A stretch of DNA of 42,893 bases from Candidatus Pacearchaeota archaeon (GCA_018304325.1 JAGVWM010000011.1:1-42893); one strand, 5' to 3'. Positions 25,476 to 35,718 are shown, counted from the first letter of the stretch. Made by a program: numbers and translations. The notes: generated by a model not told the origin, from the letters alone.

Positions 25476-25955
25476 AAGAAACTAGTAATAATAATTAGGT
25501 ACTACAAATAATAATTAAAAAAATAAATATTAATATGTAGTAAGTAATAAATAATAATTACCCCACCCTATAATTTCTTATGGAAAGTTTTATAAATAAA
25601 ATTTTATTTTTCTTTCTTTAATTTTTATTTATAAATATTTATATTATATATTATATATATTATAATATATATAATAATACTACTAATTTTTTATTTAAAT
25701 TATTTTATTTTATATATTTTATTTTATATATTTTATTAAAATAATTATTTTATATTATTTATCTCGATAGGAAATAGGGGTGTGAGGTTTTAAACAAGAA
25801 TTTTCTTATTATTAAAATTTTAAAGAATATACTTCTTTAATTTTTAATTTATTTCATAAGAAATAAGGGTTAGTAAAAATACTATGCTTTAGTTTATACA
25901 AAGGTTTATAAAAATTCAATGAGGTTAGAATTTAATAGGTGTTAAAAGAGGTAAA
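25476..25955. other. Predicted chromosomal replication origin (ORB-like repeats flanking an AT-rich unwinding element)
   Basis: CCCCACCCTATAATTTCTTATGG (25561-25583) is inverted relative to TCGATAGGAAATAGGGGTGTGAGG (25764-25787) and TCATAAGAAATAAGGGTTAGT (25854-25874). Between them lie about 170 nt of almost pure A/T with (TA)n and tandem TTTTATTTTATATA. The region is directly upstream of orc1/cdc6. Confidence 0.6.
25898..25916 (+). promoter_or_regulatory. BRE/TATA-like promoter of orc1/cdc6
   Basis: ACAAAGGTTTATAAAAATT lies about 40 nt upstream of the ATG at 25956. Confidence 0.45.
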
Positions 25956-27170
25956 ATGGAAAAATCAAATTATAAAGTTGACCAAATTTTTGATTCATTT
26001 ATGAAAAATAACTTATTTAAAGATAAATTTGTTCTTCAAACAAGTTATACTCCTGAGAATATTCCTCATAGGGATGACCAAATTACTCAAATTGCATCAA
26101 TATTAGCTCCTGCGTTAAGGGGTGAACGTACAAGTAATTTATTTGTTTATGGTAAAACAGGTACAGGTAAAACTTTGAGTGTACAAAGTGTTCAAAATGA
26201 GTTAATTAAAAGAAGTAGTTCTACAAAAGTAAAATTAATTATGGAATATATTAATTGTAAATTAAAAAAAGTTTCAGATACAGAGTACAGAATACTAGCT
26301 GAATTAATTAAAAAATTAGGTGGTAGTGTTCCTGCTACAGGATTACCTACAGACCAGGTTTACAATAAATTTATTGAATTAATAGATAATGAAAAAAAAT
26401 TAATTATACTTGTTTTTGATGAAATAGATCATGCAGTTGATAAAATTTCTGATAACTTTTTATATAATTTAACAAGACTTAATTCTGAATTAAAAAACTC
26501 CCAAATTAGTGTTGTTGGTATAAGTAATAATTTAACATTTCTTGATGGTTTAGATCCGAGAGTTAGAAGTTCTCTTAGTGAGGAAGAACTTGTTTTTCCA
26601 CCTTACAATGCGTTACAATTAAAAGATATCTTAAGTGAGAGATCAAAAAGAGCTTTTAAAGAAGGTGTTCTGGATGAAGGAGTTATAGCTAAGTGTGCCG
26701 CATTTGCTGCCAGAGAACATGGAGATGCAAGAAGAGCTTTAGATTTATTAAGAATTGCTGGAGAACTTGCAGAAAGAAGTAACCAGAAAAGAATCACACT
26801 TAAAGATATAGATTTAGCTAATGAAAAAATTGAAAAAGATAAAATTTTAGATTTTGTAAAAACAGAACCCAAACAATTTCAGTTAGTTCTAATTTCAATT
26901 ATATCTTTGGAAGAACGAGTTAAATTAAATGAAATTTTTACAGGGGATATTTATAATCAATATCAACTACTTTGTGAAAGAACTAAAAATGATGTGCTAA
27001 CCCAAAGAAGAGTTTCTGATATATTAAAAGAATTTGATATGATAGGGATAATTAATTCGAATGTAGTATCAAAAGGAAGACAAGGTAGAACTAGTAAAAT
27101 TAAATTATCAATATCTAAACAACTTTTGCCTAAGGTTAAAGAAATATTAAATGACTCGTTGAATTTATAA
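25956..27170 (+). CDS. cdc6: Orc1/Cdc6 replication initiator
   Basis: LQTSYTPENIPHRDDQI, Walker A YGKTGTGKT, Walker B LVFDEID, sensor motifs, and C-terminal winged helix (GDARRALDLLRIAGE...). Confidence 0.95.
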   Translation: MEKSNYKVDQIFDSFMKNNLFKDKFVLQTSYTPENIPHRDDQITQIASILAPALRGERTSNLFVYGKTGTGKTLSVQSVQNELIKRSSSTKVKLIMEYINCKLKKVSDTEYRILAELIKKLGGSVPATGLPTDQVYNKFIELIDNEKKLIILVFDEIDHAVDKISDNFLYNLTRLNSELKNSQISVVGISNNLTFLDGLDPRVRSSLSEEELVFPPYNALQLKDILSERSKRAFKEGVLDEGVIAKCAAFAAREHGDARRALDLLRIAGELAERSNQKRITLKDIDLANEKIEKDKILDFVKTEPKQFQLVLISIISLEERVKLNEIFTGDIYNQYQLLCERTKNDVLTQRRVSDILKEFDMIGIINSNVVSKGRQGRTSKIKLSISKQLLPKVKEILNDSLNL

Positions 27171-27174
27171 TAAA

Positions 27175-28719
27175 ATGCAACAAGAAGTTCTAAACTTTTG
27201 CATGTATAAGGGTATTCTTTTAGATAAAGATATTCTCAATGTTCTTGAGAATTTAAGAGATATTGAAGTAGCTAAAAATTTTATTGAAAAAATAGATTTT
27301 CAGTATAAACAGAAAATAATAACAAAGTCTTTTTTCCAAAAAAATTCAGATAAGGTTTCAGATATTTTGTTAAGTTATAAAGGAGACAATCGTAAGTTAA
27401 TTGAAGAATTTTTTTTATCTTTAGGTTTAAATATTTCAAATTCAGAAAAAACTGAAGATAGTATAAATAAAATAAAAGAAAATGTGGGGAATGTTTCTGT
27501 TAAAGTCTTTCAAAATCTACCAAAAAAAATTGAAGTTAAGGATTTTGTTAATAATTTTAGAAGTAGGTATTCTTTTTTGAAAAATATTTTACAACAAAGG
27601 CCTGAGTTAGATAACTTAATATCTATTAATAGAATAAGTGAAGGTTCTTTTTCAATTATAGCCATGGTTTCTGATAAAAGAACTACTAAAAATGGTAATG
27701 TGATTTTAGAATTAGAGGATTTGACTGGAAGAATAATTTCTCTTGTAACTAAAAATAGGCCTGAAGTGTTTGAAAAATCAAAAGAACTTTTATTAGATGA
27801 AGTTATTGGTTTGAAATGTAATGGGAATAAAGAAATGATTTTTGTTTCAGATATTTTTTTTCCCGATGTTTTTATCCATACTAAAAAAAGTTCTAAACAT
27901 GAAGAAATAGTTGCCTTTACTTCTGATATACATGTTGGTAGTGATAAATTTTTAAGAGAAAATTTCGAAAAGTTTATTCGGTGGTTAAATGGAGAGGTTG
28001 GTAATAAAGAACAAAAAGAAGAAGCACTTAAAATTAAATATTTATTTATTACAGGTGATACTGTTGATGGTGTTGGAGTTTATCCTGGTCAAGAGACTCA
28101 ACTGTTATTAAAGGATGTAAAGGAACAATATAGGGAACTAGCTTCTCTTCTTTCTAAAATAAGAAGTGATATAACTATTATAATGTGTGCAGGACAGCAC
28201 GATGCCGTGAGGGTTGCTGAACCTCAACCCATTATTACTGAGAATTATGCTCAGCCGCTTTATTTTTTAAAAAATATTAAGCTGGTTACAAACCCTTCAA
28301 TTATTGATATAGGCCAGGACACTAAATTTAAGGTTTTGATGTATCATGGGGCAAGTATGCACGGAATAATTAATAGTATTGAGAAATTAAGATTGGGGAA
28401 GGGACATGACTCTCCTACAGATGTTGTAAAATACCTTCTTAAGAAAAGACATTTAGCTCCAAGTCATTCCTTGGTAACTTATACTCCTTTAGATGGAATT
28501 GATGCCCTATTAATTCATGAGGTTCCAGATATTATTACAACAGGTGATTTACATAGGCCTGAAGTAAGTGATTACAATGGTGTTACTCTTATTGCAAGTA
28601 GTTGTTGGCAGTCTAGAACCCCCTTTGAAGAAAAAGTAGGAAATAATCCTGATCCATGTAAAGTTCCAATATTAAACTTGAAAACTAGAGAGATTAAGAT
28701 AATTGATTTTAATGATTAG
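27175..28719 (+). CDS. polB: DNA polymerase II (PolD) small subunit DP1
   Basis: OB-fold region followed by calcineurin-like phosphoesterase motifs (FTSDIHVGSDKF, ITGDTVDGVGVYPGQ, GQHDA, GDLH). Positioned between cdc6 and DP2. Confidence 0.9.
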   Translation: MQQEVLNFCMYKGILLDKDILNVLENLRDIEVAKNFIEKIDFQYKQKIITKSFFQKNSDKVSDILLSYKGDNRKLIEEFFLSLGLNISNSEKTEDSINKIKENVGNVSVKVFQNLPKKIEVKDFVNNFRSRYSFLKNILQQRPELDNLISINRISEGSFSIIAMVSDKRTTKNGNVILELEDLTGRIISLVTKNRPEVFEKSKELLLDEVIGLKCNGNKEMIFVSDIFFPDVFIHTKKSSKHEEIVAFTSDIHVGSDKFLRENFEKFIRWLNGEVGNKEQKEEALKIKYLFITGDTVDGVGVYPGQETQLLLKDVKEQYRELASLLSKIRSDITIIMCAGQHDAVRVAEPQPIITENYAQPLYFLKNIKLVTNPSIIDIGQDTKFKVLMYHGASMHGIINSIEKLRLGKGHDSPTDVVKYLLKKRHLAPSHSLVTYTPLDGIDALLIHEVPDIITTGDLHRPEVSDYNGVTLIASSCWQSRTPFEEKVGNNPDPCKVPILNLKTREIKIIDFND

Positions 28720-28730
28720 GATTTAATAAC

Positions 28731-31700
28731 ATGCCTTCACAAACAGAAAAGTACTTTGAAAATTTGCAAAAAGAAATAAATAAAAACTATTCTGTAGCTA
28801 AAGCTGCAAGATCAAAAGGATTAGACCCTACAAGTAATGTGGAAGTTCCTCTTGCAAGAAACCTTGCTGAAAAGGTAGTAGGTTTAATTTCAACTCTTTA
28901 CCCCCAAATACAAAATGAAAGTATTATTAATAGAATCCTTGATTTAGAAAAAGAGTATGGTAGTTTAGATTTAGCAGTATGTTTAAAGATTGCAGAAGAG
29001 ATAGCAAGAGAAAAATATTGTAAATTTAGCAATCAATTAGAGGCTATTGAGGCAGGAGTTAGAATTGGATTTGCCTATATTACTTTAGGGGTTGTTTCAA
29101 GTCCTATAGAGGGTTTTACTTTTTTGAAAATAAATAAGACTAAGGATGGAAAAGATTATTTTGCGCCTTACTTTTCAGGACCTTTAAGAAGTGCTGGTGG
29201 GACTGGAGCTACTTATTCTTTAATTATTATTGACCATTTAAGAGAGATATTTGGATTTGCACCCTATGACCCTACAGAAGATGAAATTAAAAGATCAGTT
29301 ATGGAAATATATGATTTTCATGAAAGAATTACTAATCTACAATATCTTCCAACAGCTGAAGAAGCAGAGTTTTTAGCTAGACATATCCCGGTACAGATTT
29401 GTGGAGAGGCTAGTGAGAAAATAGAAGTAAGTAATTATAAAGATCTTCCAAGAGTAGATACTAACTTTTTAAGAAGTGGGGTTTGTTTAATGTTAGCAGA
29501 GGGTATTGCTCAAAAAGCACCAAAAGCCCTAAGAGTTTTAAAAGGACTTAGAAATAAAGGATTTAAGCTAAGCTCTTGGGATTTTTTGGAAAAGTATTGT
29601 GAACTACATGAAAAAGCTAAATCTGGAACTAAAGATACAACTGCTACATATATGAAAGATCTTGTTGCCGGCAGACCTATATTTGGACATCCCTCCAGGA
29701 GCGGCTCATTTAGGTTTAGGTATGGAAGATCAAGGGTTGCAGGTTTTTCTGCTGTGAGTATCCATCCTGCTACAATGGCTATTTCTGATGGTTTTTTAGC
29801 AATAGGAACCCAATTAAAAATAGAAAAACCAACTAAGGGTTGTGTTATTTCAGTCTGCGATGATATTAATGGACCTATTGTTAAATTAAAGGATGGGAGT
29901 GTAAAAGTAATAAATGATTATGATGAGGCTAAAAAAATTTATAATAATATTGATGAAATAATTTATTTTGGAGATATTTTATTTCCTTTTGGAGATGTTG
30001 CAAATAGGAATAGCCAATTACTAAAACCAGGATATGTTGAAGAGTGGTGGAATTTAGAGTTAAAAAAAGTAAACATTAGTGTTGAAGATCCTAAACATAT
30101 TTCTTTAGATCAGGCACTAGAATATTCTAAGATTTTTAAGGTACCTTTACACCCAGAATATATTTATTTTTGGACGCAGATATCTTACCAAGAGTTTTTA
30201 GAATTCTTAAGATGGATGAGTTATGCAAGAATAAATGAAAAAATAATTTTACCTTATAGCCACACTGATAGGATCAAATTTCAAAAAGGAAAAAGAGCAC
30301 TTGAGTTGTTGGGAGTAGAACATCAAGTAACTACAGAAAATGTTGTAATATCTAAATTAGATAGTAAGGCAATTTTTGTTAATTTAAATTTGCCTCTAGA
30401 AATTTTAAAAGAAGAAAATTATATGATAGAAAGTGAAGTAAATGAAATCGCTGAAAAATGTGTCAGTTCTAATGAAAAAGATGTTTTGAGTTTGATTAAT
30501 GATCTTTCATGTTTTGTAATTAAGGATAAAGCAGGGGATTTTATAGGTACTAGGATGGGTAGGCCTGAGAAAGCAAAGCTGAGAAAACTTACTGGAAATC
30601 CACATATTTTATTTCCTGTTGGAGAAGAGGGTGGAAGATTTAGAAGTATACAAGAGGCTTGTCAGAGAGGATTTGTTAATGCAGAGTTTCCAGTTTATTA
30701 TTGTGACACCTGTAAGGAAGAGACTATTTATCCTGTTTGTGAAAGATGCAATAATAAGAGTATTTTGCAAGAGGTAGAACATAAATTTTATAATGTGGAT
30801 AAGAAAACAAACTTTTCAAAAAGGAAAATTAATATTGAATATTATCTGCAATCTGCAATAAAATCTCTTGGTTTAAGTAATAATGAAGTGCCTATTTTAA
30901 TTAAAGGTATTAGGGGTACAAGTTCTGAAAAACATGACTTAGAAAATTTAGCTAAAGGAGTGCTTAGGGCTAAATTTAATTTAGCTGTGAATAAAGATGG
31001 AACTATAAGATATGATATGACTGAGTTACCTATAACTCATTTTAAACCTAAAGAGATATTTGTGCCAATTAAAAAACTTAAAGAGTTAGGTTATGAAAAA
31101 GATATATATGGAGCTAATATTGAAAATGACAACCAAGTTATTGAATTGATGCCCCATGATATTATAATTCCTTGTTGCCCAGAATCAGGAGATGAACAAG
31201 CTGATGATGTATTTATTAACACAGCTAATTTTATTGATGCACTTCTTGAAAGATTGTATAAAATACCTACATTTTATAATATTAGAAATAGAGAGGATTT
31301 GATAGGACAATTGGCTGTATGCATGGCTCCACATAATTGTGCAGGAGTTATTGCTAGAGTTATTGGATTTTCAAAAACTCAAGGGCTGTTGGCAAGTCCT
31401 TATATGCATGCAGCAATGAGAAGAGATTGTTTTGATTATAATACTTATATTCCTATAAAAAATAATAATGTATGGAAAATTGTGAAAATTGGAGAATTGG
31501 TTGAGAAATTAAACCCAAATAAAATTGTTGATAATTTTGGAACAAAAGAGGAAAAAGTACAAGGATTTAGTACTTTGGGCGTAAATAAAGGAGTTAGAGA
31601 AGTGAACATTAATAACTTTACTAAACATAATAAAATAAGATTAATTGAAATTAAAACTTCTTTAGGTAAGATAATTAAAGTAACTGAAAATCATAAATTT

Positions 31701-33599
31701 TTAGTTAATGATAATAAAAAAAGAGCTTCTGAATTGCAAGTTGGAGATAAACTACCCTTACCTATTAAAATTAATATTAAATCAAGAGATATTAAGGAAA
31801 TTAATTTAATTGAAGAGTTAAATAAATTGGGTTTTAGCAAGGAGATAATGGTTAGGGGAATTGAAAATTTAATTAAAAAATTGGATAAAGCTAAAATAGA
31901 TAAAATTATTAAGAAATTAGGAATTACAAAAAAACAATTTTCTAACTTTAGTTTAAGAGATAGCTATCCATCTGAATTTGTTTTTAGTCTCAATAAAAAT
32001 TTAAGAGGAGAGATTTATTCTAAAGGGAAGATCTCCATTAAAAGAGATAATGTTTCTTTACCCATAAAAATTAAACTTGAAAAAGATTTACTTGAAATTA
32101 TCGGATTATATATTGCTGAAGGTTATTCTAGGAGTATTTCTGGAAAAAAAGGCTTGAATCAAGTATATATTGCTTCTTCAGAAGAGGAAATAAGGAATTT
32201 AATTAAAAAAACTATAAAAAGACATTTTAGATTAAAACCAAGTGAAAATAAAAAAGATAGAGTTACATTTTCTTCTAAAATATTGTACTTGCTTTTCACA
32301 AAAATATTAGAATCTGGCTCAAATGCTAGAGACAAAAGAATTCCATCAATTTTTTTGAGTTTGCCTTTGGAAAAATTAGCTTCTGTTTTAAGAGGATATT
32401 TTGAAGGAGATGGATCTGCTGAAATAGGTAGAATGAAAGTAAGTTGTGATAGCGTAAGTGAAGGCCTTTTACATGATTTGGAGTTTTGCCTTTTAAGATT
32501 TGGCATATTTTGTAAAAGATATGAATATGAAAAAGAGCCTGGACCTAAAGTAAGGGAATTTTATATTAAAAAAGATAGGGCTATTCCTAAATTTAAGATA
32601 ACTAAACTGATTATTGGATCTGATTTTGTTAAGAAATTTAATTTGATAGGGTTTTTATCTGATAGGAAAAAATCAATAATAAAAAATTATAATAAAGTAC
32701 AACCTTATGGTATGGAAATTGAATCTGATAGGAATTATGTTTATGATAGTATTATTTCTATTAATGATCTGGGAGGGAGAGAGAGTTATTGTATGAATGT
32801 GGATAGCAGCAATCATTTAGTTGTTGCTAATTCTATTGTGAATTTTCAATGTGATGGAGATGAAGCAGCTATGATGTTACTTCTTGATGTTTTGATTAAC
32901 TTTTCAAGAAAGTATCTCCCAAACCATAGGGGAGGAACTCAAGATGCTCCTTTAGTTTTAAATGGAAGAATAGTTGCAGGAGAAGTGGATGATCAGATTT
33001 TAGATTTTGAATTAGTTAATGAATACCCTTTAGAATTATATGAAAAATCAGAACAAAGATTACATAGCTCTGAAATTAAGGTTGAAATGGTAAAAAATAG
33101 GTTGAAAGAAAATAAAGACCCATTTACTAACATAGGATTTACTCACAAAACAAGTGATTTTAATCAAGGAATTTTATGTAGTTCTTATAAAAAATTACCA
33201 ACTATGCGGGAAAAAGTAAAAAAAGAGATGGAGTTAGTTAAAAAAATAAGAGCTGTTGATACTTCAGATGTTGCTAGATTAATAATAGAAAGACATTTTA
33301 TAAGGGATATAAGAGGTAATTTAAGAAAATTTTCTATGCAGGGATTTAGATGTGTGAAATGTAATGAAAAATTTAGGAGACCTCCTTTGCAAGGTAGTTG
33401 TAGTAAATGTGGGGGCAAAATAATTTTTACTATTTCTGAAGGAGGTATTGTTAAATATCTTGAACCAGCTTTGGATTTAGCAAACGATTATGATATTCCT
33501 GTTTATGTTAAACAAAATTTAGAATTAACTAAAAAGTATATTGAAAGTATTTTTGGAAGAGAGGAAACTAAACAAGTTAGTTTAAAGCAGTGGTTTTAG
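28731..33599 (+). CDS. polC: DNA polymerase II (PolD) large subunit DP2, interrupted by one intein
   Basis: N-terminal YFENLQKEINKNYSVAKAARSKGLDP. Zinc fingers CDTCKEE...CERC and CVKCNEKFRRPP..GSCSKCGG. The catalytic motif ...HAAMRRD / CDGDEAAMMLLLD is split by 474 aa. Confidence 0.95.
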   Translation: MPSQTEKYFENLQKEINKNYSVAKAARSKGLDPTSNVEVPLARNLAEKVVGLISTLYPQIQNESIINRILDLEKEYGSLDLAVCLKIAEEIAREKYCKFSNQLEAIEAGVRIGFAYITLGVVSSPIEGFTFLKINKTKDGKDYFAPYFSGPLRSAGGTGATYSLIIIDHLREIFGFAPYDPTEDEIKRSVMEIYDFHERITNLQYLPTAEEAEFLARHIPVQICGEASEKIEVSNYKDLPRVDTNFLRSGVCLMLAEGIAQKAPKALRVLKGLRNKGFKLSSWDFLEKYCELHEKAKSGTKDTTATYMKDLVAGRPIFGHPSRSGSFRFRYGRSRVAGFSAVSIHPATMAISDGFLAIGTQLKIEKPTKGCVISVCDDINGPIVKLKDGSVKVINDYDEAKKIYNNIDEIIYFGDILFPFGDVANRNSQLLKPGYVEEWWNLELKKVNISVEDPKHISLDQALEYSKIFKVPLHPEYIYFWTQISYQEFLEFLRWMSYARINEKIILPYSHTDRIKFQKGKRALELLGVEHQVTTENVVISKLDSKAIFVNLNLPLEILKEENYMIESEVNEIAEKCVSSNEKDVLSLINDLSCFVIKDKAGDFIGTRMGRPEKAKLRKLTGNPHILFPVGEEGGRFRSIQEACQRGFVNAEFPVYYCDTCKEETIYPVCERCNNKSILQEVEHKFYNVDKKTNFSKRKINIEYYLQSAIKSLGLSNNEVPILIKGIRGTSSEKHDLENLAKGVLRAKFNLAVNKDGTIRYDMTELPITHFKPKEIFVPIKKLKELGYEKDIYGANIENDNQVIELMPHDIIIPCCPESGDEQADDVFINTANFIDALLERLYKIPTFYNIRNREDLIGQLAVCMAPHNCAGVIARVIGFSKTQGLLASPYMHAAMRRDCFDYNTYIPIKNNNVWKIVKIGELVEKLNPNKIVDNFGTKEEKVQGFSTLGVNKGVREVNINNFTKHNKIRLIEIKTSLGKIIKVTENHKFLVNDNKKRASELQVGDKLPLPIKINIKSRDIKEINLIEELNKLGFSKEIMVRGIENLIKKLDKAKIDKIIKKLGITKKQFSNFSLRDSYPSEFVFSLNKNLRGEIYSKGKISIKRDNVSLPIKIKLEKDLLEIIGLYIAEGYSRSISGKKGLNQVYIASSEEEIRNLIKKTIKRHFRLKPSENKKDRVTFSSKILYLLFTKILESGSNARDKRIPSIFLSLPLEKLASVLRGYFEGDGSAEIGRMKVSCDSVSEGLLHDLEFCLLRFGIFCKRYEYEKEPGPKVREFYIKKDRAIPKFKITKLIIGSDFVKKFNLIGFLSDRKKSIIKNYNKVQPYGMEIESDRNYVYDSIISINDLGGRESYCMNVDSSNHLVVANSIVNFQCDGDEAAMMLLLDVLINFSRKYLPNHRGGTQDAPLVLNGRIVAGEVDDQILDFELVNEYPLELYEKSEQRLHSSEIKVEMVKNRLKENKDPFTNIGFTHKTSDFNQGILCSSYKKLPTMREKVKKEMELVKKIRAVDTSDVARLIIERHFIRDIRGNLRKFSMQGFRCVKCNEKFRRPPLQGSCSKCGGKIIFTISEGGIVKYLEPALDLANDYDIPVYVKQNLELTKKYIESIFGREETKQVSLKQWF
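31428..32849 (+). mobile_element. Intein (474 aa) with LAGLIDADG homing-endonuclease domain inside DP2
   Basis: Starts at Cys (CFDYNTYIPI). Block B is VTENHKF. LAGLIDADG motifs are LLEIIGLYIAEGYS and VLRGYFEGDGSA. It ends ...HLVVANSIVNFQ, followed by extein Cys (CDGDE). Removing it restores the conserved RR(N/D)CDGDE motif. Confidence 0.87.
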
Positions 33600-33633
33600 A
33601 AATATTCTTATATTTATAATTTCTTGATTTAAA

Positions 33634-33786
33634 ATGGAAGCTTATTGGTTATGGCCCGGAATTATATTTATTATTGTACTTGTTTTATGTAATAAGGCAT
33701 TTAATCTTAGTACTGGTATATCTTTAGTTATTTCAATTCTTCTAACAGTTATTGTTGGACTTATAATATATAGAAGAGAAAATTAA
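33634..33786 (+). CDS. Possible 50-aa 2-TM membrane peptide, absent from the ORF track
   Basis: My translation is MEAYWLWPGIIFIIVLVLCNKAFNLSTGISLVISILLTVIVGLIIYRREN*. Confidence 0.35.
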   Translation: MEAYWLWPGIIFIIVLVLCNKAFNLSTGISLVISILLTVIVGLIIYRREN

Positions 33787-34976
33787 ACTAAGTAAAATAA
33801 AACTACTGGAACTATCAAGCATCCCATAAGATTAATTCTTCTTACTCCCGAAATAATCCCATATAATCCAATTAGTGTTGAAAGGATAAAAATTCCAAAT
33901 CCTAAAAATCCAGAGAAAATTAAAACAACTATACTATTTATAATTAGGACAAGTATTGATATTTTTGTGTAATTTATCTTTGAAACAATATTTGAAAACT
34001 TTTTTCCAAGGAATAGTGTCCAGTGAAAACATAAAATCCCTGTAATTATAATAGTTATCATAATTATTATAATATGGTTTATATTTATTTTTTCTAATAT
34101 TTCACTCACAAAAACAGCTGAACCTGTTCGTGACTTTCCTATTGTATAAAGAACTGTAAAACTTATTCCTAATACTATTGTATTTGTAGCTCCTAGTAAG
34201 ATTAAGAATTGTTTTCTTGAGAGTTTTTTAAAGCTGCTTCCAAGAACAGCTGCCTGTCCTGAACCTAATGCTGGAAGAAAACCACATAATGAAGATGAAA
34301 TCATTGAAGCAAAGAATGGAAGTTTTATATCTTTCCATTTTATTTTTGAATATGAAATTTTTTGTTTTGGAATTTTTACTTTGCTGTTTATACTTATAAT
34401 CATTGAAGATGCACCAAATAAACCTGTTAAAAGAGGTAGTAATGGCTGATCCAAATTAGAATTTAAAACTATTACTCCCAGAAATCCAGAAATGATGAAC
34501 ACAACTAAGGCCATTAATTTTTTTGCATCTTTTGAAATTAGAAATATGCCCGAGGCTATTAATAAATAAGGTGTAAAAATTTTTATCAACGGATTTATTT
34601 TATCTAAGAATAAAATAAAAACTATCGACATTGCAATTATTATTGGCAGAGCTAATAAACTTCCTATTGATGAGAGATAAATTGCTTCATAACCTCTTCC
34701 TAATTTTAACAACTCATGTCCTGGTAAAACTGACAAAACAGTGTCATCATCCGGAGCTCCTAAAAAAATACTTGGAATAAAGTCCAGAAAAGTATGTGCT
34801 ATTGACATTGACACTATGAATATAACTATTGTTATTGGAGTAAATATTCCTAATAACATTGCAGATAAAGATATTAGTATAGAACCAACTAAATTAATAT
34901 GTATTCCAGGAGTTAAGCCTGTTAGAGTACCAAAAATAATCCCAAAAAATAAAGCGAATATTATCTCTAGTAACAT
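33783..34976 (-). CDS. TctA-like/DUF112 family integral membrane protein
   Basis: About 10 TM helices. The GIIFGTLTGLTPGIHINLV and GFLPALGSGQAAVLGS motifs resemble the duplicated G-x-x-PG motifs of TctA/DUF112. The internal Met (MLLEIIF) at 34976 is preferred, because the 60 upstream residues of the track ORF look non-coding. Confidence 0.68.
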   Translation of the reverse strand: MLLEIIFALFFGIIFGTLTGLTPGIHINLVGSILISLSAMLLGIFTPITIVIFIVSMSIAHTFLDFIPSIFLGAPDDDTVLSVLPGHELLKLGRGYEAIYLSSIGSLLALPIIIAMSIVFILFLDKINPLIKIFTPYLLIASGIFLISKDAKKLMALVVFIISGFLGVIVLNSNLDQPLLPLLTGLFGASSMIISINSKVKIPKQKISYSKIKWKDIKLPFFASMISSSLCGFLPALGSGQAAVLGSSFKKLSRKQFLILLGATNTIVLGISFTVLYTIGKSRTGSAVFVSEILEKININHIIIIMITIIITGILCFHWTLFLGKKFSNIVSKINYTKISILVLIINSIVVLIFSGFLGFGIFILSTLIGLYGIISGVRRINLMGCLIVPVVLFYLV

Positions 34977-35104
34977 TTTAGCAGTTCTTTTTAAGAAAAT
35001 TCTTTTAATATATTTTTGTATTATGTTAAGTCCATAATCAAACTCAACACAATGAGAAAGTGTAAAATAATTTTTTCTTATGTCAAGATTGCTGATGCAG
35101 AAAA

Positions 35105-35183
35105 CCACATCCTTTAGGATGTGGATGAATGCAATCTTGAGCATCCAAAAGTTCAAAACAAACCCACACTTTTAAGTGTGGGT
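35105..35183. repeat. Two 8-bp-stem hairpins at the 5' edge of the transposase remnant (CCACATCC-TTTA-GGATGTGG and ACCCACAC-TTTTAA-GTGTGGGT)
   Basis: Perfect inverted repeats at 35105-35124 and 35162-35183, sharing a CCACA core. Confidence 0.75.
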
Positions 35184-35718
35184 AAAACACAAGAACTTTT
35201 TGATATTTGCCCCTCACTTGATTAAGTTATCATCAGTAAATCCAATAAATTTTTCATCTATTTGGCATGTGGATGAAAAATTTATTCATGTAAGAGGAAG
35301 TAAAGATAAACATGCTTATTTATGGATTGTATCAGATTCTAACAGCAAAATAATTGCAGTGCATGTAAGTTTTGAAAGGGATTGTAATAATGCAAAAATT
35401 GTATTCCAAAAAGCAAAAGATATAGCAAGTTTTTCTCCTGAAATTATTGTTAGCGATGGTTTGCAGGGATATAAAAAAGCATGTAAAAAAGTTTTTGGAA
35501 GAAAAACAAGGCATGTTATTGCACACTTTGAAGCAGTTGGAATAGTTCATAATAAAAAATTAATGAAATTAAGCAATAATCGTGCTGAAAGAATAAATGA
35601 ATTTCCAGCTTTATGGTTGCACGTTTGTCGAGGGTTTAAGAGGCTGGATAGAGCAATATTGTTTATTGAATTCTTTGTTATTAATTACAATTATTTAATG
35701 CCTCACGGCATTAAATAA
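35176..35718 (+). pseudogene. DDE-type transposase remnant (catalytic core only; IS6/IS240-like or rve-like; N-terminal DNA-binding part missing)
   Basis: WHVDEKFIHVRG (D), IIVSDGLQGYKKA (D), SNNRAERINE (E), ...NYNYLMPH. There is no ATG start (the track uses a GTG inside a hairpin). The in-frame TAA at 35716 is followed by 15 further in-frame codons (TSKIKWEEVEAIIRR*). Confidence 0.62.

Noticed and set aside
34977-35156. The ORF track gives N-terminal extensions for the TctA-like gene (to 35156) and the PRC-barrel gene (25362-25475).
   Set aside because: The extensions translate to atypical low-complexity sequence and, for TctA, to non-hydrophobic sequence unrelated to the family. They run into promoter-like AT-rich DNA. 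Internal Met codons give proteins starting at the conserved family N-termini.
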